Assembly (NCBI GenBank): GCA_002633005.1 | Contig: NMRA01000815.1 | Span: 18,443-82,442 of the forward strand | From: Phoronis australis | Lineage: Eukaryota > Animalia > Phoronida | DNA: 64,000 bases | Reading direction: 5' to 3' | Shown: positions 41,001 through 50,000 of the stretch, in pieces | Numbering within the stretch: position 1 is the stretch's first letter | How the letters are laid out: the number at the start of each line of letters is the position of its first letter | The notes under the pieces: model-generated | What the model saw: only the letters and a program-made list of their open reading frames with translations | Database searches by the model: none | What the model was told of the DNA's origin: nothing | Translations under genes and position numbers: made by a program

Positions 41001-41008
41001 TGGTTTGA
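13861..41008 (+). CDS. Ankyrin-repeat transient receptor potential (TRP) cation channel, TRPV/TRPVL-like, 22 coding exons, ~978 aa
   Basis: 22 GT-AG exons join into one 2937-nt frame. It has ~5 ankyrin repeats (GRTPLHVAA twice), pre-S1 HPVINRLIKIKW, six hydrophobic segments, S3 WNIFDW, S4-S5 WLRLMKNARAFAALGPFIVML, pore TMFRLTLVDEYDFD, S6 LNLFIALLSDTFQRV and a C-terminal coiled-coil-like segment. Subfamily assignment is inference. Confidence 0.9.
15022..15149 (+). CDS. TRP channel exon 2
   Basis: ctttag/KSIKMNKFKTTASASFGLL...QLSKT/gtacc. Confidence 0.78.
16198..16802. mobile_element. Tc1/mariner-pogo-like MITE
   Basis: TIRs ccagggttttccgtagataagc / gcttatctacggaaaaccccgg flanked on both sides by TA. 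Confidence 0.75.
17121..17138 (+). CDS. TRP channel putative 18-nt micro-exon (GRPLMS)
   Basis: Pyrimidine-rich tract + tag, 18 nt, then GTATGT; symmetric phase 1. Confidence 0.55.
17357..17652. mobile_element. MITE with CAGGGCC-type termini
   Basis: ctgggcctggg..tttttactcgaaaatc / gattttcgagtaaaaaa..cccaggccctg inverted termini. Confidence 0.65.
18999..19243 (+). CDS. TRP channel exon 4 (start of ankyrin region)
   Basis: cctcag/GNDDEYKKMGG...LLNYGAKIDCTDKYGQTVFHE/gttagt. Confidence 0.9.
20092..20242 (+). CDS. TRP channel exon 5 (ankyrin)
   Basis: IARTWHIDVARFFLEHGANINAADHFGRTPLHVAAAVDYPEMVTFLIQNG. Confidence 0.93.
20921..22632 (-). mobile_element. Same HINE-like family, copy 3 (11 monomers, inverted)
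   Basis: Reverse-complement monomers; (tcca/tccg) microsatellite near 20960; one arm of the 3' palindrome at 20923; 5' terminus gcatttcaaagctccgcgttgctcttgt ending at 22632. Confidence 0.78.
22641..22805 (+). CDS. TRP channel exon 6 (ankyrin)
   Basis: ADKEARTKGEEQTPVYFAARND...DYKGRTPLHVAAEL/gtgagt. Confidence 0.9.
23331..23440 (+). CDS. TRP channel exon 7
   Basis: tttcag/DRSETARLLLELNAPAGVTDNCGQAAIVWMITKMGPV/gtacgt. Confidence 0.88.
24171..24261 (+). CDS. TRP channel exon 8
   Basis: aacag/AKEALDQFHIKDRANRKQYFYINHVEPNTA/gttggt. Confidence 0.85.
25033..25064 (+). CDS. TRP channel exon 9 (32 nt)
   Basis: ttttcag/ESQRIKQAMTP/gtaagt; needed to restore phase 0. Confidence 0.82.
25736..25827 (+). 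CDS. TRP channel exon 10 (pre-S1)
   Basis: LETAVQQKQYDILLHPVINRLIKIKWQNFAR/gtaagt. Confidence 0.9.
26048..26886. mobile_element. Non-autonomous TIR element (Kolobok-like AGGG...CCCT termini)
   Basis: ~35-bp TIRs agggctgttccagtaaaatccgtgtgggaggggggg / ccccccctcccatacagattttgctggaacagccct in a degenerate TTAA-like context; superfamily is inference. Confidence 0.7.
27729..27861 (+). CDS. TRP channel exon 11 (S1)
   Basis: LSAWVTLLINLLFIVVWTLIAM...WWRVLLW/gtgagt. Confidence 0.9.
28278..28355 (+). CDS. TRP channel exon 12 (S2)
   Basis: tgtag/IFAVGIWIYQIVEEVLDIIRSNKKFK/gtttgt. Confidence 0.88.
28870..29009 (+). CDS. TRP channel exon 13 (S2-S3 loop)
   Basis: HWRKWRLSEIDRDMKFTHPRWPEEEEFLQCEKKEVDKGKPQYFSDF/gtatgt. 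Confidence 0.9.
29275..29450 (+). CDS. TRP channel exon 14 (S3-S4)
   Basis: WNIFDWICYALLLTTIVTH...IILWLRLMKNARAFAAL/gtgcgt. Confidence 0.92.
30351..30434 (+). CDS. TRP channel exon 15 (S4-S5 linker/S5)
   Basis: GPFIVMLGHMLGDVVKFVYLYMEFFIPF/gtaagt. Confidence 0.92.
30671..30724. repeat. 17-bp tandem repeat x3
   Basis: (cacctctcactgcttga)3. Confidence 0.92.
31378..31541 (+). CDS. TRP channel exon 16 (pore)
   Basis: SCAFWMIFGG...FETAFTMFRLTLVDEYDFD/gtatgt. Confidence 0.92.
31727..31804. repeat. ~50-80-bp hairpin mini-element; further copies at 29809-29856 and 34285-34334
   Basis: agaaccagttt..aaactggttctca inverted arms with a shared spacer tctcca..aataa..ggca in three introns. Confidence 0.75.
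31974..32089. repeat. 29-bp minisatellite x4
   Basis: (tatggttgtRtaccattaccctgtactaK)4. Confidence 0.92.
33385..33500 (+). CDS. TRP channel exon 17 (S6)
   Basis: NMLLVDDVMTYLLLIGWFGLSSILCLNLFIALLSDTFQR/gtaagt. Confidence 0.92.
34063..34264 (+). CDS. TRP channel exon 18
   Basis: VYDNAHANALMQKAITIL...YYDDDLTTSGEDDLKKATIQIR/gtacat. Confidence 0.9.
35132..35197 (+). CDS. TRP channel exon 19
   Basis: ttctag/DDIEELKDWWKDEFHDNDSGSL/gtaagt. Confidence 0.8.
37881..37945. repeat. 30-bp-arm inverted repeat (hairpin), 5-nt loop
   Basis: tgcaaacatttaagtcgtgtctgcacgcca-acaga-tggcgtgcaggcatgacttaaatgtttgca. Confidence 0.9.
38642..38861 (+). CDS. TRP channel exon 20 (coiled-coil-like)
   Basis: cctcag/DGDFIGGDG...EQFQQEMEAIRDEVNEMKSKQEEM...GVP/gtatga. 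Confidence 0.85.
39380..39830 (+). repeat. Interspersed repeat, second copy at ~43490-43950
   Basis: Shared blocks tactggaagtac..ccaaaggacagag..catttctccacatct..atatccccatc.caact.catggtcaaa. Confidence 0.65.
40308..40377 (+). CDS. TRP channel exon 21
   Basis: tatag/GIPQSSIGSQSMSATDTRSAMED/gtaagt; converts phase 1 to the phase 2 needed by the last exon. Confidence 0.78.
40699..41008 (+). CDS. TRP channel exon 22 (terminal, low-complexity tail)
   Basis: ttccag/(W)EKLEKKRRRDYRLAKK...APPSNAPPADAPPP...VSGMV-TGA; possible internal donor at 40991. Confidence 0.78.
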
Positions 41009-43489
41009 TCTGCGGTGTCTCATGTATGAAGCAGATTATGAGGCTATTGTTTCCTAAGATCATTATTTTGTTGCAGACTGAGTTAAGTTTGTATTACTTA
41101 TTAAGTGGCATTTAGACTTTCTGTACTGGATGTTCACAGCTATTAGGATGGTGCCCCAGCACTAGTATTCTAAACAAGCAACATTACATATCAACAGTAA
41201 TAAAGAAAATACCAGTCAATGGACAGCAAAAGTACTGACTGTCTGTTGCTTGTCAGTCGTAGGCAAATTTGATTTCTTGATGTATATCCAAGCACTCACT
41301 TGTTCAACAGTTTCATTTGGCTTCATAACTGATATTCAGTGCCCTATTTGACATCATGAGCGAAAGGCACCACTGGTTTGTGTACAGTCTTGCTTTGCCT
41401 ATACGTAGGTGGACGTGGGATGCTCATGAGATAGTACTTCATTTGCTAACTTTCGAAAGATGTTTTAATAGCTATAATTTGAAATCATCCCTAAAAGTAG
41501 TGTTGATGTATTATAAGAATTACACATGCCATAGTTTGGTTACATCACGTGACCTTGATTTAAGGTTCTCAGTCCCGACTGGGCCTGGAACCGGGATGAA
41601 TATGATGTGTAAGAAGATTAATAATTGTTATTTATATTAAATTAATGGGCTGATCTATAGCAGCAGAGTGCGTTGAAATATTGCATGAATAGAAAATATT
41701 GATATCTGACCATATGAATAATTCTTAGCTGTACCAGTCCTGTTTCTGTGGTTAACTGGTAGTATCTTGTTTTGGCGGTGTACTTAACATGTTTGTACTT
41801 GTATTGTAGAACATGGAGAAAATGCCTGACACAGACTGTTAACTCACCTCAGTGGTCACTAGTTGCTTTATGGGAGATGTGGACTGTAGAGGTGTGACCT
41901 CTGGTGTTAGTCCATTGAACTAAACCTTCTGAGGAACTGTGTTGCTGAGGAAGGCCTCAACATTCCATATGTGCCAGAAGTGTAAAAAGAATGTCTGAAG
42001 AATCAGTGGGCATTGTTCTGTCTTTCCATCCTTCCATAATGTCTTGCTGACATTCCAGATGACAATTATTACAGGGAAAATTACCAAAGTACTTTTTATA
42101 TATTTTTTTATTTTGCGCTTTTAACACTAGTCAGAGTGCATGCTTTTGTGTTCCCTGTCTGGTGACTTTGTTGATTTAAAGTCACTCAAGATATTATTTG
42201 TTGGCTATGTGGAAGTTTCAAAATGTATGTTTAATATAGAACGGTAGTGCTGCGGCAATGTTACTACAATGTTTGACTGTTGTGACCTGTGTTTGATATA
42301 TTTATGCATAATTAAATTTAGCTTCGGCCAAGTCTAGGAATTTTTTAAACAGTGTATGATTTTAAAGCTACATTAATCAAGGTGTGCATGTTTTCAGGTT
42401 AGTCAAAGAAATGTTATTTTCACTGGATCATCAAATGTGAGCATCAACTGTAACAAAAGATGAAACCATATTACTCAGATTTGATCGCTTGCACTATGCA
42501 GTTTGCAAATGCTTTACTGGCCACCATGAATGTGTATAGGGTGGCCCCTGCTCATGGCATAGCCAAATAATGATGATGACATGTTTTGGGGGGGGTCTAT
42601 CATGAGCTTTTGTCGTTTGGAAATTGTTACATCCGAGGTCTCAAAGTCCCTCACACAGCTTCCAAGATTTGAAATCAAATGACATCACTTCCTGTGTTGT
42701 GGAGTCTTTTTTGGTTTAGGACACTGGTAAATTTTGCAAACTTAAACCATTTGGGACACGGAATTTTGTCATATATTGTGATTTCTGATTTCCAAAATGT
42801 AACTGTTTTGCACTGATTTTTACAATCTAGATATAGTGCACTTTCTGGGCTTATTTTTATTGTTCAGTAATTATTTTGTGATACGAAACAACTATTTAAA
42901 ATAAAATATAGATTTCTAAAAGTTGGAGACCAGCTAGACATTTTCATATTGTCAAAAATTACAGTGAATTTGTTTCAGTTATGGACACATCCTTAAATTT
43001 CTGGGAAAATAATTTTCAATGTCAGAGGTCAACTTGAGGTGGCCATGATTTTTGCTATGTTGTTAGATTTGTGTTTGTTAAGAACTATTTAGACCATTCC
43101 CGCCTTGCATGTGTGCCATTGTGTTTTTAATTGAGATTAAATTACTTTTAAAACATTTTGTTACTCAAAATCAGTTTTAAGCAAATCATCTCAACTGACA
43201 TTTTGTTTTTCAATCATATTCACCTTCTTCACACAGTGTATTATTTTCCATACGTGTGTTCGAAATGACAATGTAATGTTTTTAGTGAAGAATTTTTTTA
43301 TTTTGATTTCAATCATGAATAATCGGTGTACGGAGACTCACATTTATATCTTATTGAAAGTTTTTTTTAAATTTACATTTAATTCATCTATGATTCCATT
43401 TTTGTGCAGGGTATTGTATATGATTTTCTGCATGTGCCTTGTGAACCCAGGTAGCATTGGGTTTCGTAGTTTGAAATTATGTACCTCTT

Positions 43490-43956
43490 AAGAGGTGTTT
43501 TTTTGGAAAACCTGCAAAACACGATGATGTTGGCGAGATCGGCTTTCATTCTCTTCTCTGTAAATTACTGGAAGTACATTCTTTGAATCTGACCAAAGGA
43601 CAGAGAGCTGTTCTTTTGCTACAAAGTCCTACATAAGGGGTAAATTTAATTTGACAGTATGGAATGATAATTCATTTCTCCACACATCTAATGGTAGGAA
43701 ATTTTCAACTTTCTAACTAATGGTACACTGGAGTATTTAACTGATGAGATGTTTAAAATGAACCACTTGTCCATAAAGTAGCTTCATTTCCTCTTCCAAA
43801 CTCACAGTTTTGTAAGTGGTCCAGGAATCCTACAAATGTTTTTTTTTGTAATTTTATTATTTTTTGTAAATGGGGTTATATCCCCATCACAACTCCATGG
43901 TCAAATCTTTCAATTGACGTTTCCGCCACTTTTGCAGGTTTGATCAAAAAGGCCCT
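43490..43956 (+). repeat. Interspersed repeat/MITE-like copy downstream of the TRP stop codon
   Basis: Homologous to 39380-39830; inverted ends aaacctgcaaaa / ttttgcaggttt. Confidence 0.6.
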
Positions 43957-46399
43957 CCGATAGTCGTCCGAAAAAGTTTTGACATCGAATTTTTTAATTT
44001 ACAGTACAATAAACTCTTACATTCCAATTTTAATTTGCGAGAGCAAAATTTTGTGTTCATGTTACTTGTACAGGGTATTTTGTATCTTTGTAATGTGTGT
44101 GATGTTCTGTATATGATCGTGCCTTGTAATCCCAGTCAGCATTGGGTTCCGTAGTTTGATATTATCTTCATCTTAACTGTTACGCTTTCATAACGATTTG
44201 GCCAAAAAACAAAGTTGGTATTGGTGTGTTGCTGCATCATTTTTAGGTCTACAATTTAAAACCTTGCTTGCATGCCTTTGTGTAGCTTTTGTAAATAGGT
44301 ACAGTTCTAAGCTGAAAATGATGCGTGCGAGCTCTCAATTTTTCTGATATTTTTAATGAGACGTAGCTTTCGCAACGAATCAAAGCACAGACTCAGAACC
44401 AACTAATGTATGTTTTTCGTTCATGTATCATTTCAATAAAAATCTTTCCACTATGTATGCATTTTATTTAATAATGAATTGAACATGTGTACCACCACAG
44501 TGTCGCAATTGGGGGCACATAATTATGGTCACAGATGTTGCAAAATTTGCACAAGTGAAAAACAAAATCATCAAGAACTGTGATTAAACAGATTTGTCAT
44601 TTTTAGGAGATAAATATCCAAGATTTCACAGAGTGGAATATAATCGAGCCCCGTTGTGACAAACCTGGGAGAATTTTCTAAAACGTGTCCCTAAAACTTC
44701 ACTAATTTGAGACAAAATATGGCGGGAAAGTTAAATTTATTTTATTTTTTCAAAAAAGATGTATAATGTAGCACCAACTTCATGCAGTGATGTATGTGTG
44801 TTCTGTATTATAGCTAACATCAGAAAATATTTTTGAACAATTTTTGTCATTCACAATTTTAGAAGACCTTGAAACACAAAAGGGTACTTTTGACAATATT
44901 CATTTTCCGAAACTAATGACTCATCATAATTGTGACTAAATCAATTTGTTTACAGAATAGGCAGCTTGGCTTCGTAGAGCACTTCACATTCAGTAATCAA
45001 ATCTTACTAACCAGGTTCCCAAAATACGGCCTGACTACGTTTTGTAACAACATTGCAAGGTTTCCAGAAAGGCTATTTGGCATCGCAAGCGACTGATTTA
45101 CAAAATTTAGAGTAGTACTCCATAGAACGGGGGGTTTACCCAGTGTTCCTCGATCATAAACTGCCTGGGAAAGATAACAGTGCACCCACAAAAGCAGTCG
45201 CCCTCAACCTTCATAACTAGTGTGACCTGAACCCGATGACTAGTGTGACCTGAACTCAACAGTGTACATATTAATGAAGTCCAGATTTTGATTCAATGTT
45301 TAGTTGAGGATGGGGAAATCATATGAGATTTCAATCAACATACTCCTCTGGCCATCGAAAATCACGTAACACATTAAATTAAACTAAATGTCTTTTCAAA
45401 GCAATTCTATCATGATGATCACGCTATGCAGAGAATTCACTTTATGGGTCAATATATAGAAAAGCTGTGAGCTATGAGCCAGATGAGTATTTATAGTATT
45501 ACTCATTTGAAAAGAAAAAGGCTTATTAGACAAAGTTGTATATTTCCAAACAGGATTGTTTTCATTGAATCTGTTCTTAAGTTATTTCGATTTTACCTTC
45601 CATAAGATGAGCACCAGTATGACAAAAAGTACGATAAAAAATATTCACTTTCTACTGTGTTAATAAATGCATTTACTTAAAGGATATGACCTTGCATCTC
45701 CTCTTCTGATCTAGCAACCTAACAAGATAACTTAGCCATAACTGCTTGGTTCAGTTTATACAATGTTCTATCACAATGCTCTAATCCACAGTGGCTTGAA
45801 ATTATACAGCAGAAATCAACAACATTTTATGGGGAACGGAAAACAGCAAGGACTGCAGGTGACAGCATTATTTAAGCTCAACCTAAGATCGTGATTAGGT
45901 GTCTAAGTGTGTAGACTAAGAGATATTGCGATTAAGGAAGCACGTCGTTAAGCCGCCATGCACAGTACAGTACATTTAAGAGCAGTACAATACAAAACAG
46001 TACATTAAACTACAGTAAAATGCAGTGGTGTACTTAACAGTTCACTGTTGTACATTTAAGTACAATACAGTAGAGAACAAATGGGGACACGGTCAAAGCT
46101 GCTAAGGTTGAGCACATTGCTATTTAATAAATATTTCAGACAAATTTAATAATCACATTTACGTAGGAATTCTTAAAATGCACCATGATATCAGAAATAA
46201 ATATAACATTATTTTCAGGCATACAAAATATATATATAGTATAATTAAAAGCTCTCCAATACGTTCTGGAGAATGGAACAATTATTGTAATTCAAATGAT
46301 TGTTTAAGTGTCAACACGAATTTAAATCAAGCTTTTTACTTGTCTAACTTGCCTCAGCATTGTGACAATTCTCTAGTGATGGCTACATGATGTGATTGA

Positions 46400-46880
46400 C
46401 GACTACCAAACCTTGTATGGCTAACTTAAAATAAATATACACCATGTCTAATACAACTGACCCATCTCATCCATTTCTTCTTCGATCCATTGACCTTTGA
46501 AACTGTTGCACATTACTATGGCTACGTAACGTAACACCACGTCTTGTACAACTGACCATCTCCATCTCTCTTTTGTTTCATCCATTGACCACTGAAACTA
46601 TTGCGGACTACAACTAAGTAATGTAAAATGACATCAAGCCTCGACCAAATGATCACCGTTTCATCTATTCTTCCACCTATTGACGATTGAGACTGGGGAC
46701 AGTGCATACTAAGGCTATGTAAAATAACATTGTATAGTACAACTGACCCATCTAATCTATTTCTTCTTCCTCCATGGACCATTGAGACTGTGCACAGTGT
46801 GTATGGCTAAGTAAAATAACATCATGTTTCGTACAACTGAACTGTTTCATCCATTTCTTCTTCTGTCCACTGACCATTAC
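46400..46880 (-). repeat. ~95-bp tandem repeat x5 derived from the fukutin C-terminal coding end
   Basis: tacaactga..ccatttcttctt..tccaYtgacc at 46452, 46547, ~46645 (degenerate), 46738 and 46832 (the true CDS end). Confidence 0.8.
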
Positions 46881-47041
46881 GTCGGACATTAGGTGGACTA
46901 GCCTTCCAGTCCCAGCTGGTCACAGGCCTGTACCAATCCTTGCCATAGTTAGCTTCTATATATGACAGTGTCTCACACGGCACTTGAACATGTATTCCTA
47001 GAAACTCCGTCCAACACATGGTGAACTTGGGAAAAAAGTAC
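46822..47041 (-). CDS. FKTN: Fukutin exon 9 (terminal)
   Basis: [13 protein letters not shown]...[33 protein letters not shown]. Confidence 0.94.
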
Positions 47042-50000
47042 CTTAAAATAGAGACAAAGAGATTACAGTCGAATCGCATTACAACAAACCCTGTTTATAA
47101 TGTTCACTCACTCATGACGATCCAATTAGCAAGTCACACTTTTTTCTAATGCGAAATGCCCTTTTTGCCCTTCATTTTAACGAACTTGGATACAATGTTC
47201 ACATGGTTATAACGTACCAGGTTCAATGTCAAGTGGATAACTTCAGCGACTTTATAGCGAACGAGCACACGTGAGTCTGAAAATTGATCACCAGCAGACT
47301 GCTCGATTTGCTGGTTGTGCATACGGTTGGACAGCCTTAGATACCAAAAATGGTAACCAAACAAAACCAGATCAGTTTTTATGCATATTATCTAAAAAGT
47401 TTCGTTACAGCAAATCTCAGTTACAATTAACAACTTCAATAGGTCACGGGAAGTTCGTTGTAACAAGATTTGACTGTACTAAATTTTGTGGCTTTTGCGC
47501 ACTATTAATTCAAAGATGAAATACGGGGTATGACTCAACATAAATTTAGCTAGGGGCCTGCAACTAAAGATTTGCTGTAACTATCTTGAAGTTGAAAATT
47601 TTCCCTTTTCTCATTTCCAAACAGCACCATGGAATGGCAGTTTCAAAATGTCATCCCCCAACCCCCGGTCAACCATGACCTAACACCTGACCCATTTCCT
47701 TTAGTGTGGACAGTAATTAGCAACGAAAATCAGGTAGAAATAATACGGTGACGGACACACAAACAAATCACCATCAAAGATGTGAACATTAAAGGACTTT
47801 GCCCAATGCTTACTCTACTATTAAACTTACTTATACTTATTTCCAGTGCTTGCTTGGGTACCTCCATTCCACATATAGTCTTCCTCTTCATAGAAGAAGA
47901 ATATATCCAACTTCAGATCTTCATATTGAAAAGACAGCTCATAACTGTCAGAAACCTGTTATGAGGAATAGAACTGATATTAAACTGAATACGGGCGGGG
48001 GAGTTGTTTTTAAAAATCATATGGCTTGGTGAAAGTTATGGCAATACTTCAGAATGCAACTAGACCAAAACTGAAAGTGACTCATTTACTGTGTTTTGAT
48101 GAGAAGGAATAATTAGTACAACTTTTTTGAAAATCATCATCAAGATTAACAGATCACAATGTTGATGTCTGACTATGGAAGGAGTTTGAAAGCAATGTTT
48201 TAAATGTGGAACACAGAAAATTTTTTACTTCGTTCTTAAATCATTTTCTCTGTCATGAAAACATTTCCATCATTTTTGAAAGCATTGAACATTAATTTCA
48301 TTTTTTGAAATTGTAGACACTTTCCCTTGTCCAAGGAAACAAGAAAAGCTTTTATTAATTCTCTAAATTCGTAGAAATAATTAATTACAACTTGGCAAGT
48401 AGACCTTTAAACAATATGACTCAAAAAATTATACATTAATTTCTATTCCACGTCTTATTGTCAGAATGCTCTGAAAATTGAGACTGAGGATCTGAAACAC
48501 TTTTTTAATATAGATATAAACCATTTTCCAATTACTATCAATCTCACCTGGGAGCACCTGGCTGTTAATACAATGCATGCCACAAGCAGAAAAGATTATG
48601 CTATAAAGACAATTTATGAAAAGGACTAAATTCTAATTTGAAGATAACTGGCTGATTCCACTAGGCTATGCATGGCAGATTATTGGCTTCCACAGCAATC
48701 TTTAACCAAATTGAGAATTCTACATTCACTGATTCTGTAATGTGTACCATTGATAAAGGTATTATTTAGCCATAACATACCCTTACTATGTTACAAATTA
48801 AACCACGTGCTGCCATTAGGTAAAACCTCTTTCCCCAGAACCATACATTAATTCCATTACATTTTTTTCTTTTTCAGTGGCCAATACTGAGCAATACAGA
48901 AATTGTTGCAATCTTTCTCAATTGTTGAGCGTGCGCCAATTACTTGCCAGCACCCTCTTCAAGTGACCCGAACTCCGTAAAACTGCAAATACTTAAATTT
49001 GCATCTCATTGAGGCGTTTTAAAAAATGAAAATCTTAAGCACATGATGAGGAATTCAAAATCGCAATGAGGTGATTTTGAAAGTTTCGTGCTTCCATCGT
49101 TTCAAAGTGCAACCACGGTGGCTAAAACTTCATGGATATTAGACCAATTATCAAACAAAAGACAAGGTTTCTTGAGGTTTCTTGAGGATAACTAATCACA
49201 CACACCTAAGCACTACACGATCACTAGCTTGTTATTAGTCTGTTGAGCAGAACTAGTACCGTTGTCACGCATGCCAATTTGGCAAAAATTTTCCCTTTTG
49301 CGTAGGTAAGTCCAAGGTAGAGAAAGGTTACAGGGCATAATAATTACTTTCAAAGGCTTAAAAGTATAGGCCAGTTCTTTTGCGTGCTTTACAATGAAAT
49401 GAATATAAAACTGGCAAAAAGGATCAAGAGCGCTTTCCGTGTATTCACTTATAATATCTTGACCTCTTGACCTCTGTATGCTAATAAGGGACAAGTTGCT
49501 GACATCATTCCCAGATAAGACAATCTCAGTTACTGTATTGGCTGCACAAAACAACGAATCAGCTTGATATCTTCATCATTTTCAAGTAGCTGACTACGAC
49601 AAAGCTGGGCTGCCATGAAACACATTGCGCTCAGTCTCTGCTGAAGTTGCTTGTCTGGGAATGACATCATACGACTATTCAAAAGTGGCTACACTAAGCA
49701 TCACCACATACGAACAATAAAATCCTAGAGTATCCCGAACTTCCTATCAGAAGAAAGATCAACAGAAGAACTGGACAAGAAAAAAACAAATATTTACTTA
49801 CTCTTCCAAAGACATGTTTCAGGGCCATGTTATGCTGCATAAACGTAGATATCAAATCGGCTGAATAGTGTTTAATGAAGATGCCAAAGTCGACATCCTT
49901 ACTGTGTGGGATAAAGTCACATTGTCTAAACCAGCCCAGTAATGTGCCACTGCTGAGCCAGAATGGAATACCTGTCAACAGAAAGAATGCAAACTACTGC

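Noticed and set aside
40706-41063. Overlapping minus-strand ORFs
   Set aside because: Antisense shadows of the GC-richer TRP terminal exon.
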